A DNA stretch of 63,503 bases, filler included, from Actinomycetota bacterium (GTDB lineage: Bacteria > Actinomycetota > Acidimicrobiia > Spongiisociales > UBA4744): assembly GCA_013152275.1 (NCBI GenBank). It is 5 parts of 5 records of this genome, joined end to end, with 100 filler letters (N's around TTAATTAATTAA, not from the genome) between each part and the next. Parts side by side here need not be neighbours in the genome. Positions count along the whole stretch, not along the records: positions 7,906 to 38,043 come from JAADGS010000025.1; 4 more parts are not named here. The stretch is one strand, 5' to 3'. Of the stretch, positions 9,573-19,891 are shown piece after piece. The notes under the pieces were generated by a model, which did no database searches, had not been told where the DNA came from, and saw only the letters and a list, made by a program, of their open reading frames with translations. Position 1 is the stretch's first letter; every line of letters begins with the position of its first letter. The position numbers were made by a program, and so were the translations under genes.

Positions 9573-10679
9573 CTACCGGAGACGGATGTGCTCCACCGAG
9601 GTCGTCACTTCGTCGAGACGGTCCGGGTCGGGCTCGACACCGAGCCCGGGACCATCGGGAACCGGGATCGTTCCGTCCGGTTCGAGGATGAACGGCACCG
9701 TGATGTCGTGTTCGTAGTAGCGGGCCGTCTCGGAGATGTCTCCGGGATACCGGAAGTTGGGGAGTCCGGCAAGCGCGAGGTTCGCGGCCCGGCCGAGACC
9801 GGTCTCGAGCATCCCTCCACACCAGACGGGGATGTTTCGTCGGGCACACAGGTCGTGGATCTTACGGGCCTCCAGATAGCCACCGACACGTCCGGCCTTG
9901 ATGTTGACGATCGAACAGGCACCGAGATCGATGGCGGCCGCCGCGGTGCGTGCCGACGTGATCGATTCGTCGAGACAGATCGGGGTGGTGACGCGCCGGG
10001 CGAACGCTGCGTGCGTGAGGAGGTCCTCTTCGGCGAAGGGCTGTTCGATGAGCAGCAGGCCGAACTGGTCGAGGGCGGCGAGATGGTCCATGTCGGCGGC
10101 TTCGTACGCGGTGTTGGCATCCACTTGAAGCAGCAGGTCGTCGCCGAACCGCTCTCTCACGGCCCGGACCGGATCGATGTCCCGGCCAGGCTCGATCTTG
10201 AGTTTGACACGGGTATAGCCGCGGGCCAGATAACGCTCGACGGCATCGAGGAGCGTCGGGATCTCGTCGAAGATCCCGACCGACACCCCGACAGGAACCC
10301 GCGAGCGGGTCGCACCCAGGTACGCCGCCAGTGACACCCCGGACGCTCTCAACTCTGCGTCGAGCAGAGCCATCTCCAGCGCGGCTTTCGCCATGGGATG
10401 ACCGTGGAACGGAGCCAGGAGAGCGCCGAGTGCCGCTGCGGAGACATCGCCGGTCAGCCTGGGGAGGAAATGCTCCCTGATGATCTGTTGTGCTCCGTCG
10501 ACATACTCGGACGAGTAGACCGGTTCCTGCATCGCCACGCATTCGCCCCAACCCTCCGAGGCGTCGGCTTCGACGTGCACAAGGAGGATATCTCTCGTCT
10601 GTTCGACGCCGAACGACGTCCGGAAAGGGTGTACGAGTGACAGTCCGATGCGTCGCAACTCCACGTCTCTGAGGTTCAC
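9573..10679 (-). CDS. menC: o-succinylbenzoate synthase / N-succinylamino acid racemase (enolase superfamily)
   Basis: KLK, DAN, EQP, DES, NIK, CGGMLE motifs. Confidence 0.9.
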   Translation of the reverse strand: MNLRDVELRRIGLSLVHPFRTSFGVEQTRDILLVHVEADASEGWGECVAMQEPVYSSEYVDGAQQIIREHFLPRLTGDVSAAALGALLAPFHGHPMAKAALEMALLDAELRASGVSLAAYLGATRSRVPVGVSVGIFDEIPTLLDAVERYLARGYTRVKLKIEPGRDIDPVRAVRERFGDDLLLQVDANTAYEAADMDHLAALDQFGLLLIEQPFAEEDLLTHAAFARRVTTPICLDESITSARTAAAAIDLGACSIVNIKAGRVGGYLEARKIHDLCARRNIPVWCGGMLETGLGRAANLALAGLPNFRYPGDISETARYYEHDITVPFILEPDGTIPVPDGPGLGVEPDPDRLDEVTTSVEHIRLR

Positions 10680-11530
10680 GTCGGTCTCCTTTCGAGGATG
10701 TACCAGCCGGCCGGGTCGAATCCGGAGATCACGTAGCCTCGGTTCATCGCCGTTTCGAGCGTGGCACGGAGAGCATCACGCCACGCGCCGGCGATGTGCG
10801 GCGCCGTGTTGCGGAGAGCGACGATATCGTCAGGGATCTGGACGCACAGAACATCGGCTTGCGCGGGCGTGACGACCGGACCGTTGTCGTCTCGCAGAAC
10901 GGCAGCGGCACCTTCGGCGATCAACGCCTCCGCGTTGGGGAGGGGGAGGCTTCCTGAACGCACGGCGGTGGCTTCCGGTCCACTCGGGTACCAGTCGACC
11001 AGGATGCGGTCGGTTTCTTGCCGCGCGCTGAACCGGTCTTCGAGAGGCCCATAGAGGTTCTCACGGTAGGTGGCCGCCCTTGCCCCGAGGGCGTTGAAAT
11101 TGAAGTTCGCGTTGCGCCGGACGAATGGATCGAACGACCAGGAGATGCGGTCGATGTCGCGCCGTGCCGCCCATACGGCCTGGTCCAGTTTCAGTGCCAT
11201 TCCGACGTGATGTCCGCGGGCTTCGGGCACGACCCCGGTGATGTGGGAGTGGAGGTGGATGGTTCCGTCGTGCCACCCGAGGAACCCGATGGTGGCACCA
11301 ACCATGGTCCCCTCTGCAAATGCACCGCCTACGTAGTTTCCCGATTCGATGAACGCCACGCCGAGTTCGGTCGGCACATGGGTCGCGTCACGTCCCCACA
11401 CCTGACCGAAGACGTCGGCAGCCATGCCTGTGTCCCGGTATCCGTGCAGCGCTCTGATCTCGACGCCGGCCTGGTCTGCGGTATCCATGGCGGCGTTCTC
11501 CAGGCCGGCAAGATCTCTTCGGGGGCTCAT
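10676..11530 (-). CDS. GNAT N-acyltransferase (NSAR-associated type)
   Basis: HSHITGV, WSFDPF..RNANFN, TDR motifs; coupled to NSAR/OSBS gene. Confidence 0.85.
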   Translation of the reverse strand: MSPRRDLAGLENAAMDTADQAGVEIRALHGYRDTGMAADVFGQVWGRDATHVPTELGVAFIESGNYVGGAFAEGTMVGATIGFLGWHDGTIHLHSHITGVVPEARGHHVGMALKLDQAVWAARRDIDRISWSFDPFVRRNANFNFNALGARAATYRENLYGPLEDRFSARQETDRILVDWYPSGPEATAVRSGSLPLPNAEALIAEGAAAVLRDDNGPVVTPAQADVLCVQIPDDIVALRNTAPHIAGAWRDALRATLETAMNRGYVISGFDPAGWYILERRPT

Positions 11531-11605
11531 CGGTGGGCACGATAGTGGGTTTCACGCTCCGGGTGCAGCATGCCCCGAACCGGACACCTCGCCGAGATGG
11601 GGTCC

Positions 11606-11944
11606 TCAGTGAGTGATCGTCAGCACGACCATTCCGAGCGCGACGAGCAAGGCCATGATGAGACCGGCAGACGCCCACCAGGGAAGACCATCGGCCGGTG
11701 GGGCATCGTCGCCGGCGGAGTCGAAGGACGAGGGAACCGGCCGCGAGCGCATCGGTTCGAGAATCTGCTCGGCTGCTTCGACATCGGCAGCCTCGACGAG
11801 CAGGTTGATCGGCAGCCCCGGCCAGGTCCCTCCGGCATCGTCCGCGAGGAGCAACGCCGGGATTCCCTCGGACTCCAGAGAGGCGCGAGCCAGTTCCGCC
11901 TCCACCCTGTGTGAGAACCTCGCGACGCGTGTCATGTCCGCCAT
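11606..11944 (-). CDS. DUF2007-like small protein with C-terminal TM helix
   Basis: EAELARASLESEGIPA motif. Confidence 0.7.
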   Translation of the reverse strand: MADMTRVARFSHRVEAELARASLESEGIPALLLADDAGGTWPGLPINLLVEAADVEAAEQILEPMRSRPVPSSFDSAGDDAPPADGLPWWASAGLIMALLVALGMVVLTITH

Positions 11945-11998
11945 GTGGCAACCATACCGGTTCGTCCGTGCTTCGCCGGCGGCTGATACGGTGATGTC

Positions 11999-12544
11999 AT
12001 GGATGTCCCGGCTCTGCGCACACTGCTCGATGCCATCGTGCCGTTCGACGACCGTGAGGCGGGTCATCGCGATCGAATCATGGCGCTCCTCGGGAACTCG
12101 GTCGATCCGTGCTTGCGAACACATTTCGAGCCGGGCCATGTCACGGCAAGCGGCTTCGTTCTCTCGCCTGATCGCAGCGCCGTCCTGCTCGTCTTGCATC
12201 GAAAGCTCGGACGGTGGCTACAACCCGGCGGTCACATCGAACCCGACGATCAGGATATCGTCGCTGCCCAAAGGCGCGAGATCGAGGAGGAGACCGGCAT
12301 AGTCGATCTGTGTTGGCAGGGAGTGTTCGACCTGGACGTCCACACGTTTCCGCAGCGAGGCGATGATCCTGCGCATGAGCACTTCGACGTCCGCTCCGTA
12401 TTCGTGTCGGACGACTGGGGCGTCGTGGCTGGAGACGGTACCGACGATGTGCGGTGGTTTCGCCTCGAGGAGATTCCGCGAGGAGACCCTTCGATCACGC
12501 GCCCGGTCGCCAAACTGCGGTTCATGGTGGCCGATGACCGATAA
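11999..12544 (+). CDS. NUDIX hydrolase
   Basis: GHVTAS, WLQPGGH, REIEEETG. Confidence 0.9.
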   Translation: MDVPALRTLLDAIVPFDDREAGHRDRIMALLGNSVDPCLRTHFEPGHVTASGFVLSPDRSAVLLVLHRKLGRWLQPGGHIEPDDQDIVAAQRREIEEETGIVDLCWQGVFDLDVHTFPQRGDDPAHEHFDVRSVFVSDDWGVVAGDGTDDVRWFRLEEIPRGDPSITRPVAKLRFMVADDR

Positions 12545-12574
12545 CCGACAGCCGACTGGTACGCTCGTCGGGCC

Positions 12575-13108
12575 ATGCTGCAACAGATGCTGCGCGCAGC
12601 CCGACTGGACCGGCGCGTCTACACCGAACTCGTTTTCGACGACTACGCGACCGGCAACGCGATCCTGGTTGTCGCGGCCGTATATGCAGTCATTGCCCTG
12701 GCAGCGGCCCTCTCGGGGATCCCCGGCATCAGCCTGACCGGTGTGCTTCTCGTCGTGTTCGGCGGTGTCATCGGTTGGTTGGTGATCGGTGGCGCGCTCT
12801 GGCTGGCGGGCGTAAAGCTGCTCGATGGGCAGGCGAGGTTTCAGACCGTGGTCCGTCTCGTCGGATTCGCGCACACGCCGTTGCTCATCATGGCGATCGC
12901 TCTGCCGTTGCCATCGCCGGCGAGCACGGCCGTGGCGATTGCCGCACTCGTCTGGTTCTCCGCCGCAGTGGCCGAGGCGGCGCGGGTTCTGTTCGATTTC
13001 GACCGAGGGCGTTCGGCGAGCGCAGCACTGCTGGCGGTCGCTGTCTGGTGGATTCTGCAGATGATCGGTATCGGCCCCAGTCTGCCGCTGGTACTCCGCA
13101 GGCTCTGA
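12575..13108 (+). CDS. Yip1-like membrane protein
   Basis: About 5 TM helices, RLVGFAHTP motif. Confidence 0.7.
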   Translation: MLQQMLRAARLDRRVYTELVFDDYATGNAILVVAAVYAVIALAAALSGIPGISLTGVLLVVFGGVIGWLVIGGALWLAGVKLLDGQARFQTVVRLVGFAHTPLLIMAIALPLPSPASTAVAIAALVWFSAAVAEAARVLFDFDRGRSASAALLAVAVWWILQMIGIGPSLPLVLRRL

Positions 13109-13851
13109 TGTCCACGTATCGGCTGGATCTTGCCTACGACGGAACCGGGTTCCACGGTTGGGCGAAACAGCCTGCTGTCAGAACGATTCAGGGCGAGTTG
13201 GAGGCGGCACTGCAGCGCAGGATCGGACCGGTCGAGACCGTGGTTGCCGGTCGCACCGACGCCGGCGTGCACGCGCGCGGGCAGGTCGTGAGCTTCGTGA
13301 CCGAGAAGGACATCCGGCCAGAGGTGTTGGCGCAGTCCCTCACCAAGATGCTCGCTCCGGAGGTCGTCGTCCGGGAGTGCCGTAGGGTGCCCGACGGTTT
13401 CAGCGCCCGGTTCTCTGCCCTGCATCGCAGCTATCGATATCGTCTGCTATCGCGACCGGAGCCCGACCCCTTCCTCTTCCGCACCACGTGGCATATCCGG
13501 TATCAGCTCGACTTGGAGGCGATGCAGCGGGCAGCAGGCTGGATTGTCGGCGAGCACGACTTCGCGTCCTTCTGCCGCAGGGCGAAGAGAAAGAACACCG
13601 TGCGGCGAGTACTCGGCTCCGAGTGGATACGAGACGGGGACATCGTCGAGTTTCGGATCACGGCCACGTCGTTCTGTCACCAGATGGTGCGAGCACTGGT
13701 CGCTCTCTGTGTCGAGGTCGGGCGAGGCAAGATCTCGGCAGACGAGGTCCCGGCCATCATCGCGGCAAGGGATCGGGCGGCCGCCACGGGCGCGGCCCCG
13801 CCGCGCGGACTGATCTTGTGGGAGGTCGGCTATCCGGCCGATTGCTCGTAG
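13108..13851 (+). CDS. truA: tRNA pseudouridine(38-40) synthase
   Basis: YDGTGFHGW, AGRTDAGVHA, HQMVR. Confidence 0.96.
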   Translation: MSTYRLDLAYDGTGFHGWAKQPAVRTIQGELEAALQRRIGPVETVVAGRTDAGVHARGQVVSFVTEKDIRPEVLAQSLTKMLAPEVVVRECRRVPDGFSARFSALHRSYRYRLLSRPEPDPFLFRTTWHIRYQLDLEAMQRAAGWIVGEHDFASFCRRAKRKNTVRRVLGSEWIRDGDIVEFRITATSFCHQMVRALVALCVEVGRGKISADEVPAIIAARDRAAATGAAPPRGLILWEVGYPADCS

Positions 13852-15026
13852 GCCTGCAGGGATTCCCGGAGCCTTTCGGTTTGCTCGACGCCCACCGTTT
13901 CCACCGCGATCCCCAGTTCGGTCGTCCCGAACGGCAATCCTGCACCTTCTCGCCGGTGGTTGACGGTCAGCACGTTCGCTCCGAGGTCGGCGATCAGGTT
14001 CAGTACGGTGGCAAGTTGTCCCGGCACGTCAGGAATCAGGACCCGGAACCATGCGTAGCGTCCTGCAGCCTCGAGGCCGTAGCGCAGGACCTTGCCTACG
14101 AGAAGAGGGTCGATGTTCCCTCCCGACAGCACGATCACACATGGATCGGGTGTGTCGGGGAGCGCTCCTTCGACCAGCGCTGCGACACCGACCGAGCCTG
14201 CGCCCTCGACGACCAGCTTGGCCCGCTCCAGCAGCAGCATGACGGCGCGTGCCGCCGCCCGGTCGTCCACGGTGACGATGTCATCGACGACCTTCTCGAT
14301 GTGCGCGTAGGCAAGTGCAGACGGCACGGGGACGGCGATCCCGTCCGCAACGGTGGGGTGATAGGGCACCGCAACGAGGCTGCCACGGTTTCGAGAGGCG
14401 AGGTAGGGGGCGACCGACTCGATCTCGACACCGACGATTCGCGTGCCCGGCCGCAGCGCTTTGATCGCCACGCCGGTGCCGGAGATCAGGCCGCCTCCGC
14501 CGATCGGGACCACCACCGTGGCCGCATCCGGGAGCTGTTCGATGATCTCGAGGCCAAGTGTGCCTTGCCCGGCGATGATGCCCGGGTCGTCGAATGGGTG
14601 AATGAACCGGGCCCCGGTTTCGTCGGCGAACCGGCGCGCTGCTTCGACGGCGGCCTGGATGTCCTCTCCACCGAGGCGAACATCCGCTCCGTAGCTGCGA
14701 GTCGCCTCCACCTTGGGGATCGCAGCCGAACGGGGCATGAAGATCGTGGCCGGAATCCCGGCCATCTGGGCTGCAAGAGCCACACCTTGCGCGTGATTCC
14801 CTGCAGACCCCGCGACCACGCCCGTATCCGACGTGAGCCGGCCGATCACGTTGGACGCTCCTCGAATCTTGAACGAGCCTGTCCGCTGCAGGTTCTCGGC
14901 CTTCAGCCAGACGTCTCGACCCGCCATACGGGAAAACGACGCAGAGTGCAGGAGGGGGGTGGTGATCACCGAATCGCGCTGGCGCTCACGCGCCGCCAGA
15001 ATGTCATCGATGGTGAGCAGGGTCAT
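13830..15026 (-). CDS. ilvA: Threonine ammonia-lyase with ACT domain
   Basis: TGSFKIRGA, SAGNHAQG, GGGGL, SGGN. Confidence 0.92.
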   Translation of the reverse strand: MTLLTIDDILAARERQRDSVITTPLLHSASFSRMAGRDVWLKAENLQRTGSFKIRGASNVIGRLTSDTGVVAGSAGNHAQGVALAAQMAGIPATIFMPRSAAIPKVEATRSYGADVRLGGEDIQAAVEAARRFADETGARFIHPFDDPGIIAGQGTLGLEIIEQLPDAATVVVPIGGGGLISGTGVAIKALRPGTRIVGVEIESVAPYLASRNRGSLVAVPYHPTVADGIAVPVPSALAYAHIEKVVDDIVTVDDRAAARAVMLLLERAKLVVEGAGSVGVAALVEGALPDTPDPCVIVLSGGNIDPLLVGKVLRYGLEAAGRYAWFRVLIPDVPGQLATVLNLIADLGANVLTVNHRREGAGLPFGTTELGIAVETVGVEQTERLRESLQAYEQSAG

Positions 15027-15175
15027 GACAGACGCAGGATAGGGAGTTCTCGGGTCGAGGCTGCTTCCGACACCGGCTGCATTCGCAGAGAGCCTCTCAT
15101 TTGGCGCTTTTGCCCGGCGCGTTCTACCATGTGGCGGCTCCGAGAGTCTCGGAGCGCTTCCTTCGCGAGGTTTCC

Positions 15176-15625
15176 ATGAGGCTGCAAAAGACGTATTCCC
15201 CCAAGGTCGACGACATCCACAGAGCGTGGTTCGTCGTGGACGCCCAGGATCTTCCCTTGGGACGCCTGGCGTCCGAGGTCGCTTGCATCCTGCGCGGCAA
15301 GCACAAGCCGATACAGGCTCCGCACGTCGACACCGGCGACTTTGTGATCATCATCAACGCCGAGAAGGTACGGGTCAGCGGGCGCGACAAGATCTATTAC
15401 CGCCACTCGGGATATCCGGGTGGGCTGACCGAAGAGGGCCTCGAGTCCCTGCGAGGACGACGCCCCGAGGAGATCGTACGGCGAGCGGTTCGGGGAATGC
15501 TTCCCAAGAACCGCCTGGGTCGCCAGATGCTTCGTAAGCTCAAGGTGCATGCCGGCCCCGACCATCCGCACCAGGCGCAGTCGCCCCAGGAGCTGATATT
15601 CGATATTCGAAAGGTGGAGTCCTGA
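15176..15625 (+). CDS. rplM: 50S ribosomal protein L13
   Basis: [28 protein letters not shown]. Confidence 0.98.
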   Translation: MRLQKTYSPKVDDIHRAWFVVDAQDLPLGRLASEVACILRGKHKPIQAPHVDTGDFVIIINAEKVRVSGRDKIYYRHSGYPGGLTEEGLESLRGRRPEEIVRRAVRGMLPKNRLGRQMLRKLKVHAGPDHPHQAQSPQELIFDIRKVES

Positions 15626-16017
15626 TGTCCAAGCCGCTCGTTCAGGCAACCGGCCGTCGCAAGGAGTCCGTCGCCCGGGTGCGGTTCTACGACGGCACCG
15701 GGGCGGTCACGCTCAACGGCAAGCCGCTCGACACGTACTTCCCCACGATGGCCCAGCGGCTTCGTCTCCTCGCGCCTTTGCGTGAAACGAACCGGGAAGG
15801 TCGTTATGACATCAAGGCGAAGCTCGAAGGCGGAGGAACGACCGGCCAGGCCGACGCACTTCGTCTCGGTATCGCCCGTGCACTCATCGTTCTCGAACCT
15901 GAACTGCGGCCGATGCTGAAGAAGGCGGGCTATCTCACCCGTGACGCCCGCAAGGTGGAGCGCAAGAAATACGGCTTGCGCAAGGCACGTCGAGCACCGC
16001 AGTACACGAAGCGGTAG
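15625..16017 (+). CDS. rpsI: 30S ribosomal protein S9
   Basis: TGRRK, GGG.TGQA, ERKKYG...QYTKR. Confidence 0.98.
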   Translation: MSKPLVQATGRRKESVARVRFYDGTGAVTLNGKPLDTYFPTMAQRLRLLAPLRETNREGRYDIKAKLEGGGTTGQADALRLGIARALIVLEPELRPMLKKAGYLTRDARKVERKKYGLRKARRAPQYTKR

Positions 16018-16030
16018 CTACCCTCGCCGT

Positions 16031-17365
16031 ATGCTCACGAACGGCAACCGGCTTTTCGGCACCGACGGGATCCGCGGTGTGGCCAACACCGAACTCAGCG
16101 CGGATATCGCCATGTCCCTCGGGCGTGCCGCCGGGGAGACGATTCGTGGCGGCTCGGTCCTCATAGGCCGCGACACGCGACGGTCCGGACAGATGCTGAC
16201 AGAAGCGCTTCAGGCCGGGTTCCACTCGCTCGGCGTCGACACGGTGGACGTCGGTGTCCTCCCGACCGGCGGCATTTCGCATCTTGTCGAGGTGTCGGGT
16301 GCCACGATGGGAGTCGTCGTCTCTGCGTCGCACAATCCCGCAGCCGACAACGGTATCAAGTTGCTCGACGGGCGCGGTGCCAAGCTTGCCGATGAGCAAG
16401 AGGACGCGATCGAGGCGAGGCTTCGCCGGGGAGCACCGTGGCATCTCGCCGGTGGTGATCGGGTTGGCACACGTTTCCCGATGCTGGACGCCGAAGATCG
16501 CTACCTGCGGTTTCTCCAGAGCTCGACGTCCTACTCGTTACGGGGTTTCCGTCTCCTCCTCGACTGTGCCAACGGTGCTGCAAGTCGCGTCGCCCCCGAA
16601 CTGTTCCGGCGACTCAAGGCCGATGTGGAAACCATCTGCGCGGAGCCGGACGGTACGAACATCAACGACGGATGTGGCGCCGCTCACCCCGAGTTTCTCG
16701 CCAGGCATTCCAAGGGCCGGATCGGGCTTGCGTTCGACGGGGACGCCGACCGGCTGATCGCCGTAGACGAGGATGGGATTCCCGCGAACGGCGATGTGAT
16801 CATGGCGGTCATCGCCCGCCAGATGAAAGAGGCCGGCCGACTCAAGAAGAATATTGTCGTCGCAACCGTCATGGCCAATCTCGGATTTCGCAAGGCGATG
16901 GAACGCATGGACATCGAGCTCGTCGAGACGCAGGTCGGCGATCGCTACGTCAAGGAAGCGATGTGGAATCGAAGGGCGATTCTCGGTGGAGAGCAGTCGG
17001 GCCACGTGATCTTCGCCGACCGGGCCGTGACCGGCGACGGCCTTCTGACGGCGGTGCGGCTCCTCGAGGTCGTGGCGATCACCGGCAAGGAGCTGCGAGA
17101 GCTTCGCGCGGAGACGATCACCGAATTCCCACAGATTCTGCGCAACGTGCACGTGGATGACAAGGGACGGCTCGAAGACGCTGAGGTGCTGTGGGCGACG
17201 ATCCGCGATTGGGAAGCCAAGCTGGCCGGTGATGGGCGGATCCTCGTACGCGCCTCCGGCACCGAGCCGCTCGTGCGAATCATGGTGGAGGCATCCACGC
17301 GCGACGAGGCGATCGCAATCACCGACGAACTCGTCGCCATCGCTCGGCGGGAGCTCGGCACCTGA
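16031..17365 (+). CDS. glmM: Phosphoglucosamine mutase
   Basis: FGTDGIRG, SASHNP, DGDADR, GGEQSGH, RASGTEP. Confidence 0.97.
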   Translation: MLTNGNRLFGTDGIRGVANTELSADIAMSLGRAAGETIRGGSVLIGRDTRRSGQMLTEALQAGFHSLGVDTVDVGVLPTGGISHLVEVSGATMGVVVSASHNPAADNGIKLLDGRGAKLADEQEDAIEARLRRGAPWHLAGGDRVGTRFPMLDAEDRYLRFLQSSTSYSLRGFRLLLDCANGAASRVAPELFRRLKADVETICAEPDGTNINDGCGAAHPEFLARHSKGRIGLAFDGDADRLIAVDEDGIPANGDVIMAVIARQMKEAGRLKKNIVVATVMANLGFRKAMERMDIELVETQVGDRYVKEAMWNRRAILGGEQSGHVIFADRAVTGDGLLTAVRLLEVVAITGKELRELRAETITEFPQILRNVHVDDKGRLEDAEVLWATIRDWEAKLAGDGRILVRASGTEPLVRIMVEASTRDEAIAITDELVAIARRELGT

Positions 17366-17461
17366 GACTTCCGGCGACGTTGCGTTCTCCTACCGCGGAA
17401 GGGGGAACGGTTCGGATCCGGCACCCGCGCGACTACCCTTACCATCGGACCGGCACGGCAT

Positions 17462-17598
17462 GCCTTCAGCGCCTGGCCCCTCGAGGGGTGACGAGGTAGA
17501 GGGAGTATCGAAGCATTCGGCGGATGCCCTCTCGGCTGCCACGGTCGTGACGAAGCGGAGCAAAACCCGGGGGTGACCCCGCAACAGAGGCCGCTTCG
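17462..17598 (+). ncRNA. glmS ribozyme (GlcN6P-activated)
   Basis: AGCGCC...GACGAGG...TATCGAA..TTCGGCGGATGCC..CGG...GGGGTGACCCC..AACA directly upstream of glmS. Confidence 0.9.
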
Positions 17599-17655
17599 GT
17601 GTGGGAGACGGGATCGACCCGTCTGGTGCCGGTCTCCAACCGAGAAGGAGACACC

Positions 17656-19482
17656 ATGTGCGGCATCGTCGGCTACGTCGGCCCGCGCCAGGCCCAGGAC
17701 GTCCTCGTCGCCTCACTGCGACGCCTCGAATACCGCGGGTACGACTCCGCGGGCATCGCGGTGTCGAACGGTGGTGCCATCGAGATTCGCAAGGCGGCCG
17801 GAAAACTCGATCGGATGGCAGCGATGGTCGGGGCGAATCCACTCATGGGGACCCTCGGCATCGGCCACACCCGCTGGGCGACCCATGGGGTCCCCAACGA
17901 CGTCAACGCCCATCCACACTTCGACGAGACCGGTGAGTTCGCCGTCGTCCACAACGGCATCATCGAGAACTATCTCGACCTCAAAGAAGAGCTCTCGGAG
18001 GCCGGGCACACGTTCGTTTCCGATACCGATACCGAAGTGCTGATCCACCTCATCGCCGACGAGTACGACGGAGACCTGGCAGAGGCGGTCCGTCGCGCCG
18101 TCGCCCGTGCCACAGGGGCCTATGCGCTCGTGACGATGTCCGCCAAGGAGCCCGACCGGATCGTTGCCGTGCGCATGATCAGTCCGCTGGTGATCGGCAT
18201 CGGTGACGGAGAGACATTCCTCGCGTCCGACATTCCGGCGATCCTGCCGTATACGGATCAGATGCTGGTGGTCGAGAATGGCGAGATGGTGACGCTCACC
18301 CTCGAAGGAGCGGTGATCGAAACCCTCGACGGGGAACCGGTGGAGCGCGCACCGCAGAAGATCACCTGGACGGTCGAGCAGTCCGAGAAGTCCGGCTTCC
18401 CGCACTTCATGCTGAAGGAGATCTACGAGCAGCCCGGCGTGATCGACGAGACCCTCCGGGGGCGCCTCCTCCGAGACGGGTCCGTCACTCTGGAGGCGGT
18501 CGACTTCCCCGACGGCTTCGTCGACAACCTCTCGAAGATCTGGGTGACTGCCTGCGGGACCGCCTACCACGCAGGGCTGGTCGCCCGAGAAGTGTTGGAG
18601 AAGACGCTGCGCATTCCCGTCGAGGTCGAATACGCCCACGAGCTGCGGTACCGAGATCCTCTGATCGACCCGGGAACGTTGACGGTCGCCATCAGCCAGT
18701 CGGGGGAGACCGCCGACACCCTTGCCGCCGCCCGGCTTGCCAGAGAGCGAGGGTCACGACTTCTCGCCATCACGAACGTTGTGGGATCCACGCTGAGCCG
18801 GGTCGCCGACGACGTCCTGTACACGAGAGCCGGCCCCGAGATCGCCGTCGCGTCGACCAAGGCATATGTCGCCATGCTCGTCGGTGAGTACATGCTCGCT
18901 CTCCGGCTCGGTCGCGCCCGTGGGACGGTGTCGGACGCTCGCGCCGCCGAACTGGCCGCCGAACTGTGGACGCTGCCCGACAAGGCGGCTCAGGTGCTGG
19001 AACATGACGCGGCGATTCTCGAGATTGCCGACCGGTTTGCGAGCACGTCGGACGTGTACTTCATCGGCAGGGGTCTCGACTACGCGGTGGCGACCGAAGG
19101 ATCGTTGAAGCTGAAGGAGATCTCCTACATGCACTCGGAGGCGATGCCCGCCGGTGAACTCAAGCACGGCACGCTCGCGCTCATCACCGAAGGCACGCCG
19201 GTCGTGGTCATTCTGACCCAGCAGCACCTGTACGACAAGACGATCTCTGCACTGCTGGAGGTGAAAGCCAGGGGAGCCCACGTGCTCGCGCTCGCCTACG
19301 ACGATGACGATCAGGTGGACAAGTACGCCGATGAGGTGCTGCGCATCCCGAGGACCTACGACTTCCTCAGCCCCGTCCTGTCGATCATCCCGCTCCAGTT
19401 GCTCGCCTACCACGCCGCCCGGGTGCTGGGCCACGACATCGACATGCCGAGGAACCTGGCCAAGAGCGTCACGGTGGAGTAG
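17656..19482 (+). CDS. glmS: Glutamine-fructose-6-phosphate transaminase
   Basis: MCGIVG, GHTRWATHG, SQSGET, PRNLAKSVTVE. Confidence 0.98.
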   Translation: MCGIVGYVGPRQAQDVLVASLRRLEYRGYDSAGIAVSNGGAIEIRKAAGKLDRMAAMVGANPLMGTLGIGHTRWATHGVPNDVNAHPHFDETGEFAVVHNGIIENYLDLKEELSEAGHTFVSDTDTEVLIHLIADEYDGDLAEAVRRAVARATGAYALVTMSAKEPDRIVAVRMISPLVIGIGDGETFLASDIPAILPYTDQMLVVENGEMVTLTLEGAVIETLDGEPVERAPQKITWTVEQSEKSGFPHFMLKEIYEQPGVIDETLRGRLLRDGSVTLEAVDFPDGFVDNLSKIWVTACGTAYHAGLVAREVLEKTLRIPVEVEYAHELRYRDPLIDPGTLTVAISQSGETADTLAAARLARERGSRLLAITNVVGSTLSRVADDVLYTRAGPEIAVASTKAYVAMLVGEYMLALRLGRARGTVSDARAAELAAELWTLPDKAAQVLEHDAAILEIADRFASTSDVYFIGRGLDYAVATEGSLKLKEISYMHSEAMPAGELKHGTLALITEGTPVVVILTQQHLYDKTISALLEVKARGAHVLALAYDDDDQVDKYADEVLRIPRTYDFLSPVLSIIPLQLLAYHAARVLGHDIDMPRNLAKSVTVE

Positions 19483-19614
19483 GGCAGGGGGTTCGCCGGC
19501 CAGATCGTCTGGGGGTGACAGGGGGGGGGCGTGGAGGCGTAACATCACCACGCATGACACGCAGGCGGGGAGCGCCGTGCGACGCCCGCCCGTCTCCAAG
19601 CCAGGGGGTGGCAC

Positions 19615-19884
19615 ATGCGTGCAAGAATCATGGTGGTTGGGTTTCTCGCCGCGGTCATGGTGCTCGCGATGGCAGCGACGGCGCTCGCCATCGAGGTCCA
19701 GGAGGACCACTTCCGGACCGGTCGCGGGTACTCGCACACGACCGAGAGATTCGGGATCTTGGAGTCCTACGACGAGCGGGATTGGCGGCCCGACGGTTAC
19801 GACACGGGGAAGCGTCGGTATGTCCCCTTCCAGAACCTGTGGGATGCCACCAGGACCCACTGGGCTCATAACATCGGGGCGTGA
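19615..19884 (+). CDS. Small secreted protein (89 aa)
   Basis: Signal peptide ending ALA; 64-aa mature part. Confidence 0.7.
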   Translation: MRARIMVVGFLAAVMVLAMAATALAIEVQEDHFRTGRGYSHTTERFGILESYDERDWRPDGYDTGKRRYVPFQNLWDATRTHWAHNIGA

Positions 19885-19891
19885 CCACGAG

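Noticed and set aside
9573..11530. OSBS/NSAR + GNAT pair as a novel pathway
   Set aside because: Matches the known N-succinylamino acid racemase / succinyltransferase arrangement
19860..19872. CTGGGCTCATAAC resembling the tRNA-fMet anticodon arm
   Set aside because: Only 13 bp, inside a coding region, no T arm; likely chance
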